Source: a virus (Duplodnaviria > Caudoviricetes). From it: a DNA stretch of 61,577 bases. The notes beneath the pieces were generated by a model, which saw nothing but the letters and a program-made list of their open reading frames with translations, searched no databases and was not told the origin of the DNA. The stretch is from positions 1 to 61,577 of IMG/VR virus record IMGVR_UViG_3300043256_000467; one strand, given 5' to 3'. The translations under genes and the position numbers were made by a program. Below are positions 1-9,443 of the stretch, piece after piece (the first letter of the stretch is position 1; each line of letters begins with the position of its first letter).

Positions 1-2
1 AC

Positions 3-2282
3 CTCGAAGAGCGACTCGTCGTGGGAGAAGCCAATGAAGAGTACGCTCGTCTCGAACAGGCCGTTCTCCTCAATCTCGATACAGGCCTGAGCCGTGCCCA
101 TGAGAGAGAGATCAGAAGCTGGCCCCTGGACTTGCGTGTTGATCGCCTTCCTATGAAGAGCGAGATCGTCCTCGTCATCCAAAGGGCGGCGCCGTCCTGT
201 GACTGTGTCGACGTAGCCAAGACGCACCCACTTCCATGAGTCGTCGTGCCAGGTCACAAGGTCGGGGTAGAGTGTAAAGAACCCAGTCCGCGCCGTTGCT
301 GCCTCAGGCAGAGTGAACGTGATACCGTACTCTTTCCTAGCTTGCTCGATGAACGTCTGTTCCTGCATCCCGTAAAGGAAGCCGAAGTTAGTAGCCTTAG
401 CAGCCTGCCGCTCGTCACCTGTAACGCTCGCGATCCAGGCCCCCATCTCCGCTTCCCACTGTTTCAGCGTTAGACTTTGCTTGAGCGCCTTGATCCAGGA
501 CGCAGTGGCTTTATGGATATCGATGCCTTGCTCGAAGAAGCTGAGCATACGCCGCTCGTTCGCTACCCAGGCGGCGAACCTCAGCTCGATTTGCGACTCG
601 TCAGCAGCCACAATCTTCCAGCCGTCCCGAGCCCGCAGCAGGTTGCGGACAGCACGTGGGAATTGCTGGGTTGTGCCTCCGCGCTCTCCTTCCGCAGAAC
701 TCCTTCCAGTCCGCGCATGGGTAAGGCTATAAATAGAGTGAAGCCGGTGATCACCTTGCTCCTCCAGGAGCTCCCTCCAAGGGGTGAGGTACGTCCCCTT
801 GAGTTTCTTCACTTTGGCAACTCTAAGCAAGTCGTTCACGACTGGATGCTTGTCGGCGTATGGAGCTAAGGCCTTCTCAGCGAGCGAGGGCCTATCGGTC
901 TTTGCCGTCCGAGGAAGCGTGATGCCTGCCAGGCGCTCTACTGCAAGGCCGACATCTTCCTGCCTCGTCGCCCCCGTAGTCTCCTTCACCCGAGCGGTAA
1001 CAGCTTGGAGGTCTCCCTCGGCCCGTAGCTCAAGATCCTTGAGAAGTTTCTCATCGAGCGGTACTCCAGCTATCGCAGCCCGAGCGAGATACGGTGTGAC
1101 CTTTAGGAGGATCTCTTGGTAGAGGGGGATAACGCGGTTACCTTCACTCGCGGCTCGCTCAAGGAGGGCGTCATTGAGGAGAAGAGTCGCGACAGCGTCC
1201 CGAGCGTTGTAGATGAGCGTCTCTCTCCACTCCTCCCGAGTCACAGGCATCCTACCAAGACCCTCACCCAGCTCCCACCCTGGCGGGACTCGCGTGAGCA
1301 TGGGCGCAAGGACCTTAAGCTTCAGTGAGGAGTCAATGTTTAGGAGCGAGGCTATAATCAGCGTGTCGCCCGCGAGCTGGGGATTGACGCCATGTGCCAG
1401 GAGCCAGATAAGGTCCGCAGAAGCGTTGTGGTAGGTACTAGAGGTAGATGCAAGGAGACTGGCGACGAGCCCGAAGAGGGTCTCGTCCTCAGCCGGCACA
1501 GCGCACGAGATAATCTCCCCACCCCTCCGGCCAGCGAGCGCAACGCTAATAAGCCGGGGAGCGGAGCCGTTATGGCGGGTCCACGGCCACGCAGACTTAA
1601 GCCCTCCTGGGACCTCCCACTCGCAGTCGCAGGCGAGGAGATCACATCCTTTAAGTAGCCCCAAAACCCTAAGCGACTTTTCTCTATCGAGTGGAGGAGC
1701 GATCTTCGCCTTGAACGTGCCACCAGCAATCGCCTTCTGAGCAAGCTGGATGTCGGCAGCGATCTGTTGCCTCCTCGTCTCCCGCACACTTGGCTGGTGG
1801 AGGATCGAGGCTGGATGGTATGACGGGATAACGGGAATGGTCGAGCGGTACTCAGGGAGGAGAGGGATGAGTTGCCCTCGGTTATCCTTGATCCCCTTCC
1901 GGCCAGTCAGCGCCTCAAGAGCTACTCCACCTAACGTGACGATGACTTTGGGCCTGACGGCTTGGAGTTCTTGGACGGTAAAAATCCTACAGGCCGCGAC
2001 CTCATCCGCCTTCGGATCTCGATTTCCTGGCGGCCGGCAGCGGATGACGTTCCCAATGTGGACAGCAGAGCGGCCGACGCCGGCCATCGAGAGTACCTCG
2101 TCAAGTATACTTCCAGCGTCACCAACGAATGGGCGGTTCTGACTCTCCTCGTTGGCCCCAGGAGCCTCTCCGTAGAATAGGATATCGCACGGTACGGGGC
2201 CCTCGCCCGGCACACATATATGTTTTCCAGCCGAGCGAGGGCCCTCAGAGAGTAGACAACGACGACAGTTAGGATCGAACAC
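3..2282 (-). CDS. polA: Family-4 uracil-DNA glycosylase fused to 3'-5' exonuclease and family A DNA polymerase; truncated by the window edge and absent from the ORF track
   Basis: Manual translation from GTG at 2282 (overlaps the upstream TAG). UDG: CRRC, GEAPG, RPFVG, CRPPGNR, YHPA. Exo: ACDCE, YHNASAD, YNARDAVAT. Pol: motif A ADESQIELR, motif B RQAAKATNFGFLYG, motif C SHDESL. Confidence 0.93.
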   Translation of the reverse strand, partial: MFDPNCRRCLLSEGPRSAGKHICVPGEGPVPCDILFYGEAPGANEESQNRPFVGDAGSILDEVLSMAGVGRSAVHIGNVIRCRPPGNRDPKADEVAACRIFTVQELQAVRPKVIVTLGGVALEALTGRKGIKDNRGQLIPLLPEYRSTIPVIPSYHPASILHQPSVRETRRQQIAADIQLAQKAIAGGTFKAKIAPPLDREKSLRVLGLLKGCDLLACDCEWEVPGGLKSAWPWTRHNGSAPRLISVALAGRRGGEIISCAVPAEDETLFGLVASLLASTSSTYHNASADLIWLLAHGVNPQLAGDTLIIASLLNIDSSLKLKVLAPMLTRVPPGWELGEGLGRMPVTREEWRETLIYNARDAVATLLLNDALLERAASEGNRVIPLYQEILLKVTPYLARAAIAGVPLDEKLLKDLELRAEGDLQAVTARVKETTGATRQEDVGLAVERLAGITLPRTAKTDRPSLAEKALAPYADKHPVVNDLLRVAKVKKLKGTYLTPWRELLEEQGDHRLHSIYSLTHARTGRSSAEGERGGTTQQFPRAVRNLLRARDGWKIVAADESQIELRFAAWVANERRMLSFFEQGIDIHKATASWIKALKQSLTLKQWEAEMGAWIASVTGDERQAAKATNFGFLYGMQEQTFIEQARKEYGITFTLPEAATARTGFFTLYPDLVTWHDDSWKWVRLGYVDTVTGRRRPLDDEDDLALHRKAINTQVQGPASDLSLMGTAQACIEIEENGLFETSVLFIGFSHDESLFE

Positions 2283-3256
2283 TACTTCAAGGATGGCACC
2301 GCTGTTCCAAGTGCCCTGATCGCCTTCTCCTTGAGCTGCGAGCCAGAGCCCCAATTCTCCGTCAGCGCATAGAACCGACGCTCGGCCCGCTCCTCGCCTG
2401 AGCCCTGGTAACGGCGAGCGTGGTCGACGTAGCCGGTGACGGCCTGGATCAGCGAGTAGGCAGTCGGGCCGTTCAGCTCTTGCTCAGCGGCGTAGATGGC
2501 GCTAAACGTCTCTACAGCCTTCGCACGCTGCCCTTTCGGCTCCTCGTCGAGGCTCCCGAAGACCGCCTCCATGACAGGCGCCAGAACTCTCTCTGTGACC
2601 TTGACCTTGGCTGCCTTCTCGAGCCACTTCGCCAGGCGCCTCGTTGACTCGGTCGTGATCTGCAGCACCTCTTGCGCGGCAGTCAACTTCGCGTGGAGTT
2701 GTAGATTGTGAATCGCTCGGAACCCGCCCCCACTAGCGAGGGCCATCTCGACGGTGTTATTGCACACCGCACGGATCACCGTTGGCAACACCCTGACCGC
2801 TCCAGCGGCAGTGTGGTCGGTGACGAGGAGCATATAAGGGAAGTACTCCTCACCGTTGACGCGCATGTCTTGCTCTAGCCGAGCGAGCATCCACACGCGC
2901 TGTCCATCGAAGAGGCAGCCAGCGGTCTCGTATCGGATGACGCTGTCCTTTGCCAGACTGTCGAGGAACGTGAACGCCTCTCTATTCTGCAGCGGGACGT
3001 ATCGCTTTGAGCAGAAGCCGAAGACCTTACCATCGAGAGTCCGGCTGATCGCGAGCTGCCCTGGAACCCGCCGCCTCGTCTTGCCGGCGAAGACTGGGAC
3101 GAGATCTACCTCCCAATCCTGCCCGGCCTTCTTGATCGCCTCCTTCGATGTCAGGGCCCCATCGACTGGAGTCCCTAAGCCATGCCACGGAGGGCCGCTC
3201 TCCGCAGCATAGAACATTTGCGCTACTCCGCCACGCTTTTCGATCTCTGCAGGCAT
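2282..3256 (-). CDS. DUF932 / TIGR03299-type phage-plasmid protein
   Basis: PWHGLG, YxPLQN, YETAGxLxxG, RAVCNNT and TAYSLIQAVTGYVDH motifs; GAAGGAG RBS. Confidence 0.85.
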   Translation of the reverse strand: MPAEIEKRGGVAQMFYAAESGPPWHGLGTPVDGALTSKEAIKKAGQDWEVDLVPVFAGKTRRRVPGQLAISRTLDGKVFGFCSKRYVPLQNREAFTFLDSLAKDSVIRYETAGCLFDGQRVWMLARLEQDMRVNGEEYFPYMLLVTDHTAAGAVRVLPTVIRAVCNNTVEMALASGGGFRAIHNLQLHAKLTAAQEVLQITTESTRRLAKWLEKAAKVKVTERVLAPVMEAVFGSLDEEPKGQRAKAVETFSAIYAAEQELNGPTAYSLIQAVTGYVDHARRYQGSGEERAERRFYALTENWGSGSQLKEKAIRALGTAVPSLK

Positions 3257-3306
3257 ATCTATTCTCCTTCCTTTCTGCTAATCTCTATCCAATCATCTGT
3301 AATGAT

Positions 3307-3335
3307 AGTTTACAGTATGATTAATCAGTTGTCAA
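3307..3335 (-). promoter_or_regulatory. Sigma70 promoter with TGATTAATCA palindrome in the spacer (copy 1)
   Basis: TTGACA-ACTGATTAATCATACTG(17)-TAAACT upstream of DUF932 and polA. Confidence 0.85.
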
Positions 3336-3369
3336 GCCCTGTGCCTGTGACGGAGCTAGGATACAATTC

Positions 3370-4752
3370 TCACGAAAATAGCTCCTTCGCCCGATCCGGG
3401 TCAAGTATCGACTTCGCTAGATTTTCCTTCTTCTGCAGTACCGCGTAGATCTCCTCGTCTATCGTGTACTCGGCGAGCAGATGATAGTACGTTACCTTGT
3501 GTCCCTGTCCATGGCGGTGAAGCCGATCTCGCGATTGCAGATAGTTGGCCAATGAATAGTCAAGCGAGTAGAAAATGGCGGTATGCGAGCATGAGAGATC
3601 GATGCCAAGAGACGCGACGGCAACTTGGGCGAGGAGATATCCGTACTCTACCTCTCTGAACGTCTGCAGCACCTGATCACGGTCCTTGGGAGCGGTTCTC
3701 CCATCTAGAACGAAGGCACGTTCTCTTCCCGCGAGAGCCGCGAGCAGCCGGTCGATGTCGTGGCGGAAGCGGCAGAAGATAACTATCCTCCCGACCTGTT
3801 GGGTCGCGTCAGAGAGGAGATCGATAAGTATGGACTCCTTCTCCCTAGAGAGGTCGGCGATCTGCCCACTAGCAAGCTTTACCCAACCACTCCCGACGGT
3901 CTGGAGCCTAAGGACGTTCGTAAGAACTGTACGAGAGAGAGCGATGCCCGACGCCGGCTGTCCATCGACGACCCCCTGAATCTCAGCGATAGCACGCTTC
4001 TTCAACTCGTCGTAGACCTTGCGAGTCTTCGACTCGAGACTCACTGGCAATATCACGTCGACCTGCTCGGGGAGGTCAAGAGCTTGTTGCTTCGTAACGC
4101 GAACCGAGTGGCTCTTCACCTTCGCTTTGATCTCCTCGATGTTCCGGTAGCCAACGATCTGGTAGTTGAGATATCCGCCTTTCCGGAGGTAGCGAGCCTC
4201 GAAGTCGAGCCACCTCACGCCGAAGAGGTCGGGCTCGATAGCGCGGAAGACGCCGAAGAGATCCTCTGGACCGTTGGGCATGGGCGTGCCCGTGAGAGTT
4301 AATCTCCTGTCAACTATATCTGTCAGCCGGTGGGCGAAGCGCGACTGCCGGGTACCTCGACCTTTGAGCCGATGCCCCTCGTCGTAGATAATGATCTGTG
4401 GCTCCCACTGGATAATGGCCGACCGGAGAGGTTCCCGCCAATAGGTCTCGTATCCTACGATAAAGAGATTAGACCCTCCATTGAGGGCAAGCGCGGCACG
4501 GTCCTTAATCGTCCCAACTGTCCCATCACCAACTTTGAGCTTCGACCAGTAGACGGCCGACTCTCGCTTCCATACTCCCACGGCTGAGAGCGGAGCTACA
4601 ACGAGGATGCGGCGGCATCTCAACTGCCGAGCGATCTCGAGAGCTGTCCGCGTTTTCCCCGTCCCCATATCGAGGAAGAGGCCCCCACGGCCCTCGAGAT
4701 GGACAAGGTCCATAACAGCTCGTCGCTGGTAGGGATATAGTTCGTCGGTCAT
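3370..4752 (-). CDS. SNF2-family (SF2) helicase/translocase
   Basis: LYPYQ, DMGTGKT, YDEGH, LTGTP, QSRDRLHRHGQ; start at 4752 inferred from ATGA overlap. Confidence 0.92.
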   Translation of the reverse strand: MTDELYPYQRRAVMDLVHLEGRGGLFLDMGTGKTRTALEIARQLRCRRILVVAPLSAVGVWKRESAVYWSKLKVGDGTVGTIKDRAALALNGGSNLFIVGYETYWREPLRSAIIQWEPQIIIYDEGHRLKGRGTRQSRFAHRLTDIVDRRLTLTGTPMPNGPEDLFGVFRAIEPDLFGVRWLDFEARYLRKGGYLNYQIVGYRNIEEIKAKVKSHSVRVTKQQALDLPEQVDVILPVSLESKTRKVYDELKKRAIAEIQGVVDGQPASGIALSRTVLTNVLRLQTVGSGWVKLASGQIADLSREKESILIDLLSDATQQVGRIVIFCRFRHDIDRLLAALAGRERAFVLDGRTAPKDRDQVLQTFREVEYGYLLAQVAVASLGIDLSCSHTAIFYSLDYSLANYLQSRDRLHRHGQGHKVTYYHLLAEYTIDEEIYAVLQKKENLAKSILDPDRAKELFS

Positions 4753-5807
4753 TCTACGAGCGGCGAGAGCCAGTAGCACCAGCCATGTTCGCCTCGGATC
4801 ATTGCTGGGGATACTGCGTCCCGCAAGTGTACAGTCACCTCACTGCCAAGCTTGTCAAGCATCGAGAAGTAATCAGCGTCGAAGAGGACGTCGAAGTCAA
4901 GGTCCTGCTCCTCTCCCCCGATAGCTTGGAAGGAGCCAACCTCAGCAGAGAAGACAGTTAACATGACATGCCCCCCACGTGCCGAGACCTTGAGGACACG
5001 AGACTGGTCGAGGATCGAGGCTGCTCTAACGGCTGTGACCACAGCTTTCGTAGAGATCTTGAACCGTGGAGGAGGATCGCGGGGGAGGACTGACAGATCG
5101 GGGAAGGCTCCTTGCAGTAGCGCAATCCGGACCTTTGTCTGCCCACTCTGGACATCAATACTTCCTGCGGCCCCAGTAGAGGCAGATGCCCTAAGAGTCA
5201 CTGGGCCGTCGGGTAGGGCTGAGACCGCGACCGCCCAATCGACAACGGGCACAACGCCAAGGCTCACATCGGGGCCTTCCACCGGGAGCGTGATTATGGC
5301 TCCCCGCATACTATCAGTCGCCTCGAGAGTCAGGATCCCTCCTTCGACGTTAGCTTGCGTACCAGACAAGATAGGCTTAAGGATCTTCTTCCCCGTCACA
5401 TGGCGAAGGAACTTGAGCGCCCGCCGCAAGAGCGCTTGGTCAGGGACTACGATGGTAGCCCCTCGGCTCGAGCCGATACGCGGAGCTTCTTCCTCCTGGA
5501 CAGTTCTCAGCGACAGACGCGCAGCCCCAGCTTGAAAGACAAGATTCGGAGGTTGGTATGTGACGACGAGATCATCCTCATCGTCTAATAGCGACAAGGT
5601 ATGTGCTAGCCGCTCTGAGACGATTGAGAAAACTCCACTTGCCCCATTGACCTGTACTGCCGGCCCAGCAAGGCTAACGGCCCCACAATGGGTCGCGTAG
5701 TACCAGGTCCGCAACGGGCCGAATGCGAACCCGAGCCTTGGAGTCCCAAGATCGAGGATCGAGAGGCTCATGATCGAGACGAACTCTTTGAACTCGGCGA
5801 CCTTCAT
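4749..5807 (-). CDS. DNA polymerase III beta-like sliding clamp (divergent)
   Basis: ~352 aa; KPILSG...LTLEATDS, LLQGAFPD, FDADYF...SPAMI...YWLSP resemble DnaN signatures; start moved to MKVAEF after a GGAGG/GGTGG RBS. Confidence 0.7.
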   Translation of the reverse strand: MKVAEFKEFVSIMSLSILDLGTPRLGFAFGPLRTWYYATHCGAVSLAGPAVQVNGASGVFSIVSERLAHTLSLLDDEDDLVVTYQPPNLVFQAGAARLSLRTVQEEEAPRIGSSRGATIVVPDQALLRRALKFLRHVTGKKILKPILSGTQANVEGGILTLEATDSMRGAIITLPVEGPDVSLGVVPVVDWAVAVSALPDGPVTLRASASTGAAGSIDVQSGQTKVRIALLQGAFPDLSVLPRDPPPRFKISTKAVVTAVRAASILDQSRVLKVSARGGHVMLTVFSAEVGSFQAIGGEEQDLDFDVLFDADYFSMLDKLGSEVTVHLRDAVSPAMIRGEHGWCYWLSPLVE

Positions 5808-5871
5808 AGTTCCACCACCTGCTGCTGGAAGTCGCGCTCGGCGAGACGAAGGGCGGACTGCTGCACGTTCG

Positions 5872-7614
5872 TCATGCCAGGTGCTCCGACATGCGAAGTG
5901 GCTGGCCGCGCTCACCCAGCACGAGCTTGCGCGTGCGGAGCCAGCCCAGCATGTTTCCAAAGTGACCGGTGCCTCCTGCGTAATTGGTGGCGTCGGCGAC
6001 ATCTTGTAGCGAGGCGCTCTCGGGGTAGATCGACGCCAGATACTTCAGCATCTCTCGTGCTGCCTTGGGTGCCTTGCCACACCACCAGTCCACCAGCTCA
6101 GGCCCAGTGGGCAGTGGCTCGTAATCGCCGAGGGCTTCGAGGCCAGCGGGGGTGATCCTAATCGGCGAGCCGCGTTCCGGTTCAATGAGGCCTAGCCCGC
6201 GAAGCGAGCCGAGCATGTTTCCAAAGTGACCCGTCCCACCGGAGTAGCCCGAGATGGCCGCGACGTGATCCAGTGCCAAGCCGTTCGGCTCTAGGTGCAT
6301 GTGCTGCGCAAGGGCTGTCAGGATGAGGCGCTCAGCCTTCTTGAGCGGCTGATCGATGCCAGGCACTTCCTGCGACATTTCATGCGACATTTCAGGTGAC
6401 ATGGGTGCCGCTGGCGTAGCTTCGGGCTCGTACCTGGCTGGCGGCGACATTGCGGGCGGCATTCTTGGCGCTATAGGAGGCGGTGGCGTAGGCGCGGGGC
6501 GCTGGCCATTGACCGCGGCAGCCATTCGCTCGGCCAGCTTCGTCAGCGTGTCGGTGGCGTCGCGCACGACCCGCTCCAACCTGCCCCGCTGCCGACTCTC
6601 GCCAGCCAGGGCGCCGTGGTGCTCCTTACGGAGCGTGGCTGTAGCAACTTCGATCCGCCGCTCGATGACAGCCTCATCCGGTGGCGCCTGTTCACGCCGG
6701 GATAGCGTGGCCTCGCGCTTCAGGGTGGCGACTTCCCGCCGCAGCGTCTCGTTGTCCTTGCGCTCCGCCTCGGCCTCGGCCGGTAGATCAGAGAGCTGGG
6801 GTAGCAGTGCCCGCACCTTTTCTGTAGGTGGCGGTGCCGTGAATGCGATGCGAGCGCCAGCCTTGGGGTGTTCCGTCTGGACGCCGCCCACCATGACCTT
6901 CGTGACGGTGCGGCTCAGGCCAGGGCCGAAGGCGAAGAACTCTCCGGGCTCCAACTCCCGGAGCTGGTGCTGCTCCTCACGGCCAGCGAAGCCAAGCTCC
7001 TCTGATGCCCGGCGCATGTCTACGTCGAGGGCGCTCCGCCCAATGAGCTTGTTGTTGCACTCAGCGGCGGCATCCTTGTGAAGCTTCGAGAGCCGCTGAG
7101 TGGCGATCACAGGGCAGAACCCGCGCTTGCGCCCCCGTGTGGCCAGGTCGATCACGGCGTTGGCGCTCTCGGCGTCTCCCTTCTGCGGGCAGTAGACGTG
7201 CGCCTCGTCGATGACGATCAACGCCGGGTGCCAGAGCGCCTTCGGGGCGTCGACTAGGGCCTCTAGGAAGTACCGGACGAAGCGAATCCGGTCGTGCGCC
7301 TTCAGCTCGTAGATGTCCAGGATGGCCGACGCCTTCAGTTCAAGCAACCGGGCAGCCAGGAGCTTCGCCGAGCGCGGGTCCGCAGCGGTATCGCCGCCCC
7401 GCCTCGCCGCTAACACGTAGTCGAAGCGGTCGCGCAGGCTGGCAAACTCGCCCTCCGGGTCGATGACAAGGTGTTGGACATGGCCGAAGGTCTGTTCGAG
7501 CAGCCGCCGGATGCACCAGGACTTGCCGCCCCCGGAGTTGGCTTGGATGAGCAATCGGCTATCGACCAGCGCGTCCAGATCGCATTGCAGCCCCTCGCCG
7601 ATCTCGAACCTCAT
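5872..7614 (-). CDS. HerA/FtsK-like ATPase (DUF87/DUF853 type) with coiled coil, Pro-rich linker and two tandem winged-helix-like repeats
   Basis: Walker A ANSGGGKS, IDPEGEF, Walker B IVIDEAH, GRKRG, ATQR; C-terminal repeat GGTGHFGNMLGxLR occurs twice. Confidence 0.85.
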   Translation of the reverse strand: MRFEIGEGLQCDLDALVDSRLLIQANSGGGKSWCIRRLLEQTFGHVQHLVIDPEGEFASLRDRFDYVLAARRGGDTAADPRSAKLLAARLLELKASAILDIYELKAHDRIRFVRYFLEALVDAPKALWHPALIVIDEAHVYCPQKGDAESANAVIDLATRGRKRGFCPVIATQRLSKLHKDAAAECNNKLIGRSALDVDMRRASEELGFAGREEQHQLRELEPGEFFAFGPGLSRTVTKVMVGGVQTEHPKAGARIAFTAPPPTEKVRALLPQLSDLPAEAEAERKDNETLRREVATLKREATLSRREQAPPDEAVIERRIEVATATLRKEHHGALAGESRQRGRLERVVRDATDTLTKLAERMAAAVNGQRPAPTPPPPIAPRMPPAMSPPARYEPEATPAAPMSPEMSHEMSQEVPGIDQPLKKAERLILTALAQHMHLEPNGLALDHVAAISGYSGGTGHFGNMLGSLRGLGLIEPERGSPIRITPAGLEALGDYEPLPTGPELVDWWCGKAPKAAREMLKYLASIYPESASLQDVADATNYAGGTGHFGNMLGWLRTRKLVLGERGQPLRMSEHLA

Positions 7615-7639
7615 CGCTATCTCTCCGGCCAGCCGTGCA

Positions 7640-7780
7640 TCATGCCGCACCCTGTACGCTGGTGAAGCACGTCCCCCAACCCTCCCACTTCCGCCCAGCG
7701 TCCTCACACTGTCTCACTACCTGGGCAAGGAGCGTCGTCGAATCGAGACCTCCAGATAATAGAACGACTGCTTCCACCAT
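7640..7780 (-). pseudogene. queC: 46-aa ORF that is the N-terminal fragment of a QueC-like (PP-loop) enzyme
   Basis: MVEAVVLLSGGLDSTTLLAQ followed by an early TGA; strong GGAGG RBS; first ORF after promoter copy 2. Confidence 0.65.
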
Positions 7781-7812
7781 ATATTTCCTCCTGCAAGAAA
7801 GGTCACGATAGA

Positions 7813-7841
7813 AGTATACAGGGTGATTAATCAGTTGTCAA
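7813..7841 (-). promoter_or_regulatory. Sigma70 promoter with TGATTAATCA palindrome (copy 2)
   Basis: TTGACA-ACTGATTAATCACCCTG(17)-TATACT. Confidence 0.88.
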
Positions 7842-7867
7842 GACCTTATGAGGATAGAAAGTAATAT

Positions 7868-8179
7868 CTACGGACGGACTGCCGCCAGCTCGCCCTCAAT
7901 TTCAACCCTAGCATCTTCCACGTCGTCTAGGTCCTGCTTCGCTCTGATAAACTCGTTCCGTGCCCAGGCCATCTGCGCACGGATGATATCCACCTGCTTC
8001 TCGGTAAACGATACTTCGTCGGCCGACAGGTCTACAGCCCTAAAGTCATCGGCCACGCGCGCATCCTTAAGGACAGCGTGAACTAGCAAGGTATTGAGTA
8101 CCCGTCGTCGGAGGTCATCTAATCGAATCGAGCCAAGTGTTGGCACTTTAGTCCTCCTAGATTTCTTCGTAGTGGACAT
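7868..8179 (-). CDS. Hypothetical coiled-coil protein at the end of the tail module
   Basis: 103-aa ORF overlapping the upstream gene end; heptad-like C-terminus. Confidence 0.6.
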   Translation of the reverse strand: MSTTKKSRRTKVPTLGSIRLDDLRRRVLNTLLVHAVLKDARVADDFRAVDLSADEVSFTEKQVDIIRAQMAWARNEFIRAKQDLDDVEDARVEIEGELAAVRP

Positions 8180-9080
8180 TGAGAAAAAACGTATACCCTA
8201 CGTCGCTGGCTCCTCTAATCGAGAGACGTTCGCCACGCTTCACCAGGAGTGGCCGCCAGAGGAACCCAGAACCATTGGCCAAAACCGAGAATTCTGCACA
8301 CGGCACAATCGCTCGAACTACTTCTCCACCCCCGCCGGCTGGCCCAGTGCCGAACTGATACTCACGACCGGCCGTAAATATAGGTGTAATTGGCCCAAAA
8401 TCGGATACGCCCCAGACTAGAAGATCAGTGGGGGCTGGATCAATGACCGAAATCCACGCACTGTAGGCTGGCCAGATGCCATGGATGATCGTCTGTGTGC
8501 CAAGTACGGGCCAGATCCGCATGTAAGAATTGGGATAGAGTCCCTGCATCCGCCGCCCATAGTCGTACATCGGGTAGCCGACCGGCGCCGCCGGGCTGTA
8601 GCCTACGGCATATACGGAGGCGGAGACCAGTGCAAATGCGCCAGGGACGCTACTAGCAATTCGATAGGCAAGCCGTCGACCGGAAGCAATGAGGTGAGGT
8701 CCCATCGGGAGCACAAACGAACCGGAGAGGAGGTTTGTGCCGTCTGTCGTCGTAATGAATGAGGACGAAGATAGTGCTGTCTCCATGATGTTGATCTCGC
8801 CTCCCCCACCGGGATTCGCCTCGGCAACTTGAATCTGCATCATTCCACCTGACAAGACCCCCGGTAGGAGAGGTCCGATCACGCCTTTAACACTGAGATG
8901 CGTCACCAGAAAGTCGGCGGCCAGTGGGTCTTTGATCACAGTCCAAGCCGTCAACTGCCAAGGGACAAAAGCTATCTGCGTAGCCACCGTCGGGTTGTTG
9001 GCCTGGAACGGCTCGTAGTGCTCCACGCCGTCGCGCTTAGCAAAGAAGCCGTAGTCAGCAGGGCCAGGTGCGCTCACCAT
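8157..9080 (-). CDS. Putative virion/tail-associated protein with two beta-rich repeats
   Basis: Position after tail fibre; TGATG coupling at 9080; both halves contain PGGGGE and G.RL..R-like segments. Confidence 0.55.
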   Translation of the reverse strand: MVSAPGPADYGFFAKRDGVEHYEPFQANNPTVATQIAFVPWQLTAWTVIKDPLAADFLVTHLSVKGVIGPLLPGVLSGGMMQIQVAEANPGGGGEINIMETALSSSSFITTTDGTNLLSGSFVLPMGPHLIASGRRLAYRIASSVPGAFALVSASVYAVGYSPAAPVGYPMYDYGRRMQGLYPNSYMRIWPVLGTQTIIHGIWPAYSAWISVIDPAPTDLLVWGVSDFGPITPIFTAGREYQFGTGPAGGGGEVVRAIVPCAEFSVLANGSGFLWRPLLVKRGERLSIRGASDVGYTFFLNVHYEEI

Positions 9081-9442
9081 CAGTCCGTCATCTCCCAACC
9101 TGCGATCCTGCCCGCAACAGCGTTGACTATCCCTGCGAGCCACTCGATGGTATCGCCTGGGTCGAGGAGGTAGCCCTCCAGGAAAGCGTAGGGGAACCCG
9201 TCAGCGGGAACAGATAGATCGTTCACCACACGGTTGGCGTTGCCCCTCGCCCCACCCGCCTCTACGACCCAGATCTGGACAAGCACAGCAGCGGTCGTCT
9301 GGTTAGTTAGAGTCAAATCCTGGATGCGCGTCCCACGCTCCGTCGCAACGAACACGGGGGAGGTGTAGGCCACCGCAGCAGCAAGGGGCAGGAGGATGCC
9401 ATCGCGGAGGACCTCTGGGCTATGAGATGCAGGATCGGCCAT
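9080..9442 (-). CDS. Small beta-sandwich tail-associated protein
   Basis: 120 aa; LTLTNQT...LLDPGDTI pattern; located in the tail-fibre region. Confidence 0.55.
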   Translation of the reverse strand: MADPASHSPEVLRDGILLPLAAAVAYTSPVFVATERGTRIQDLTLTNQTTAAVLVQIWVVEAGGARGNANRVVNDLSVPADGFPYAFLEGYLLDPGDTIEWLAGIVNAVAGRIAGWEMTD

Positions 9443-9443
9443 G

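Noticed and set aside
1358-2215. Minus-strand ORFs 1358-1789 and 1931-2215 as separate genes
   Set aside because: Out-of-frame overlaps within the UDG-PolA reading frame.
5808-6002. ORF-track N-terminal extensions (e.g. starts at 6002, 7707, 9143, 20239, 50682, 54093)
   Set aside because: They overlap upstream genes and lack an RBS; downstream starts with SD sequences or stop/start coupling are more plausible.
7640-7780. Functional 7-deazaguanine DNA modification pathway
   Set aside because: Only a 46-aa QueC-like fragment; no folE, queD, queE or dpdA in the window.
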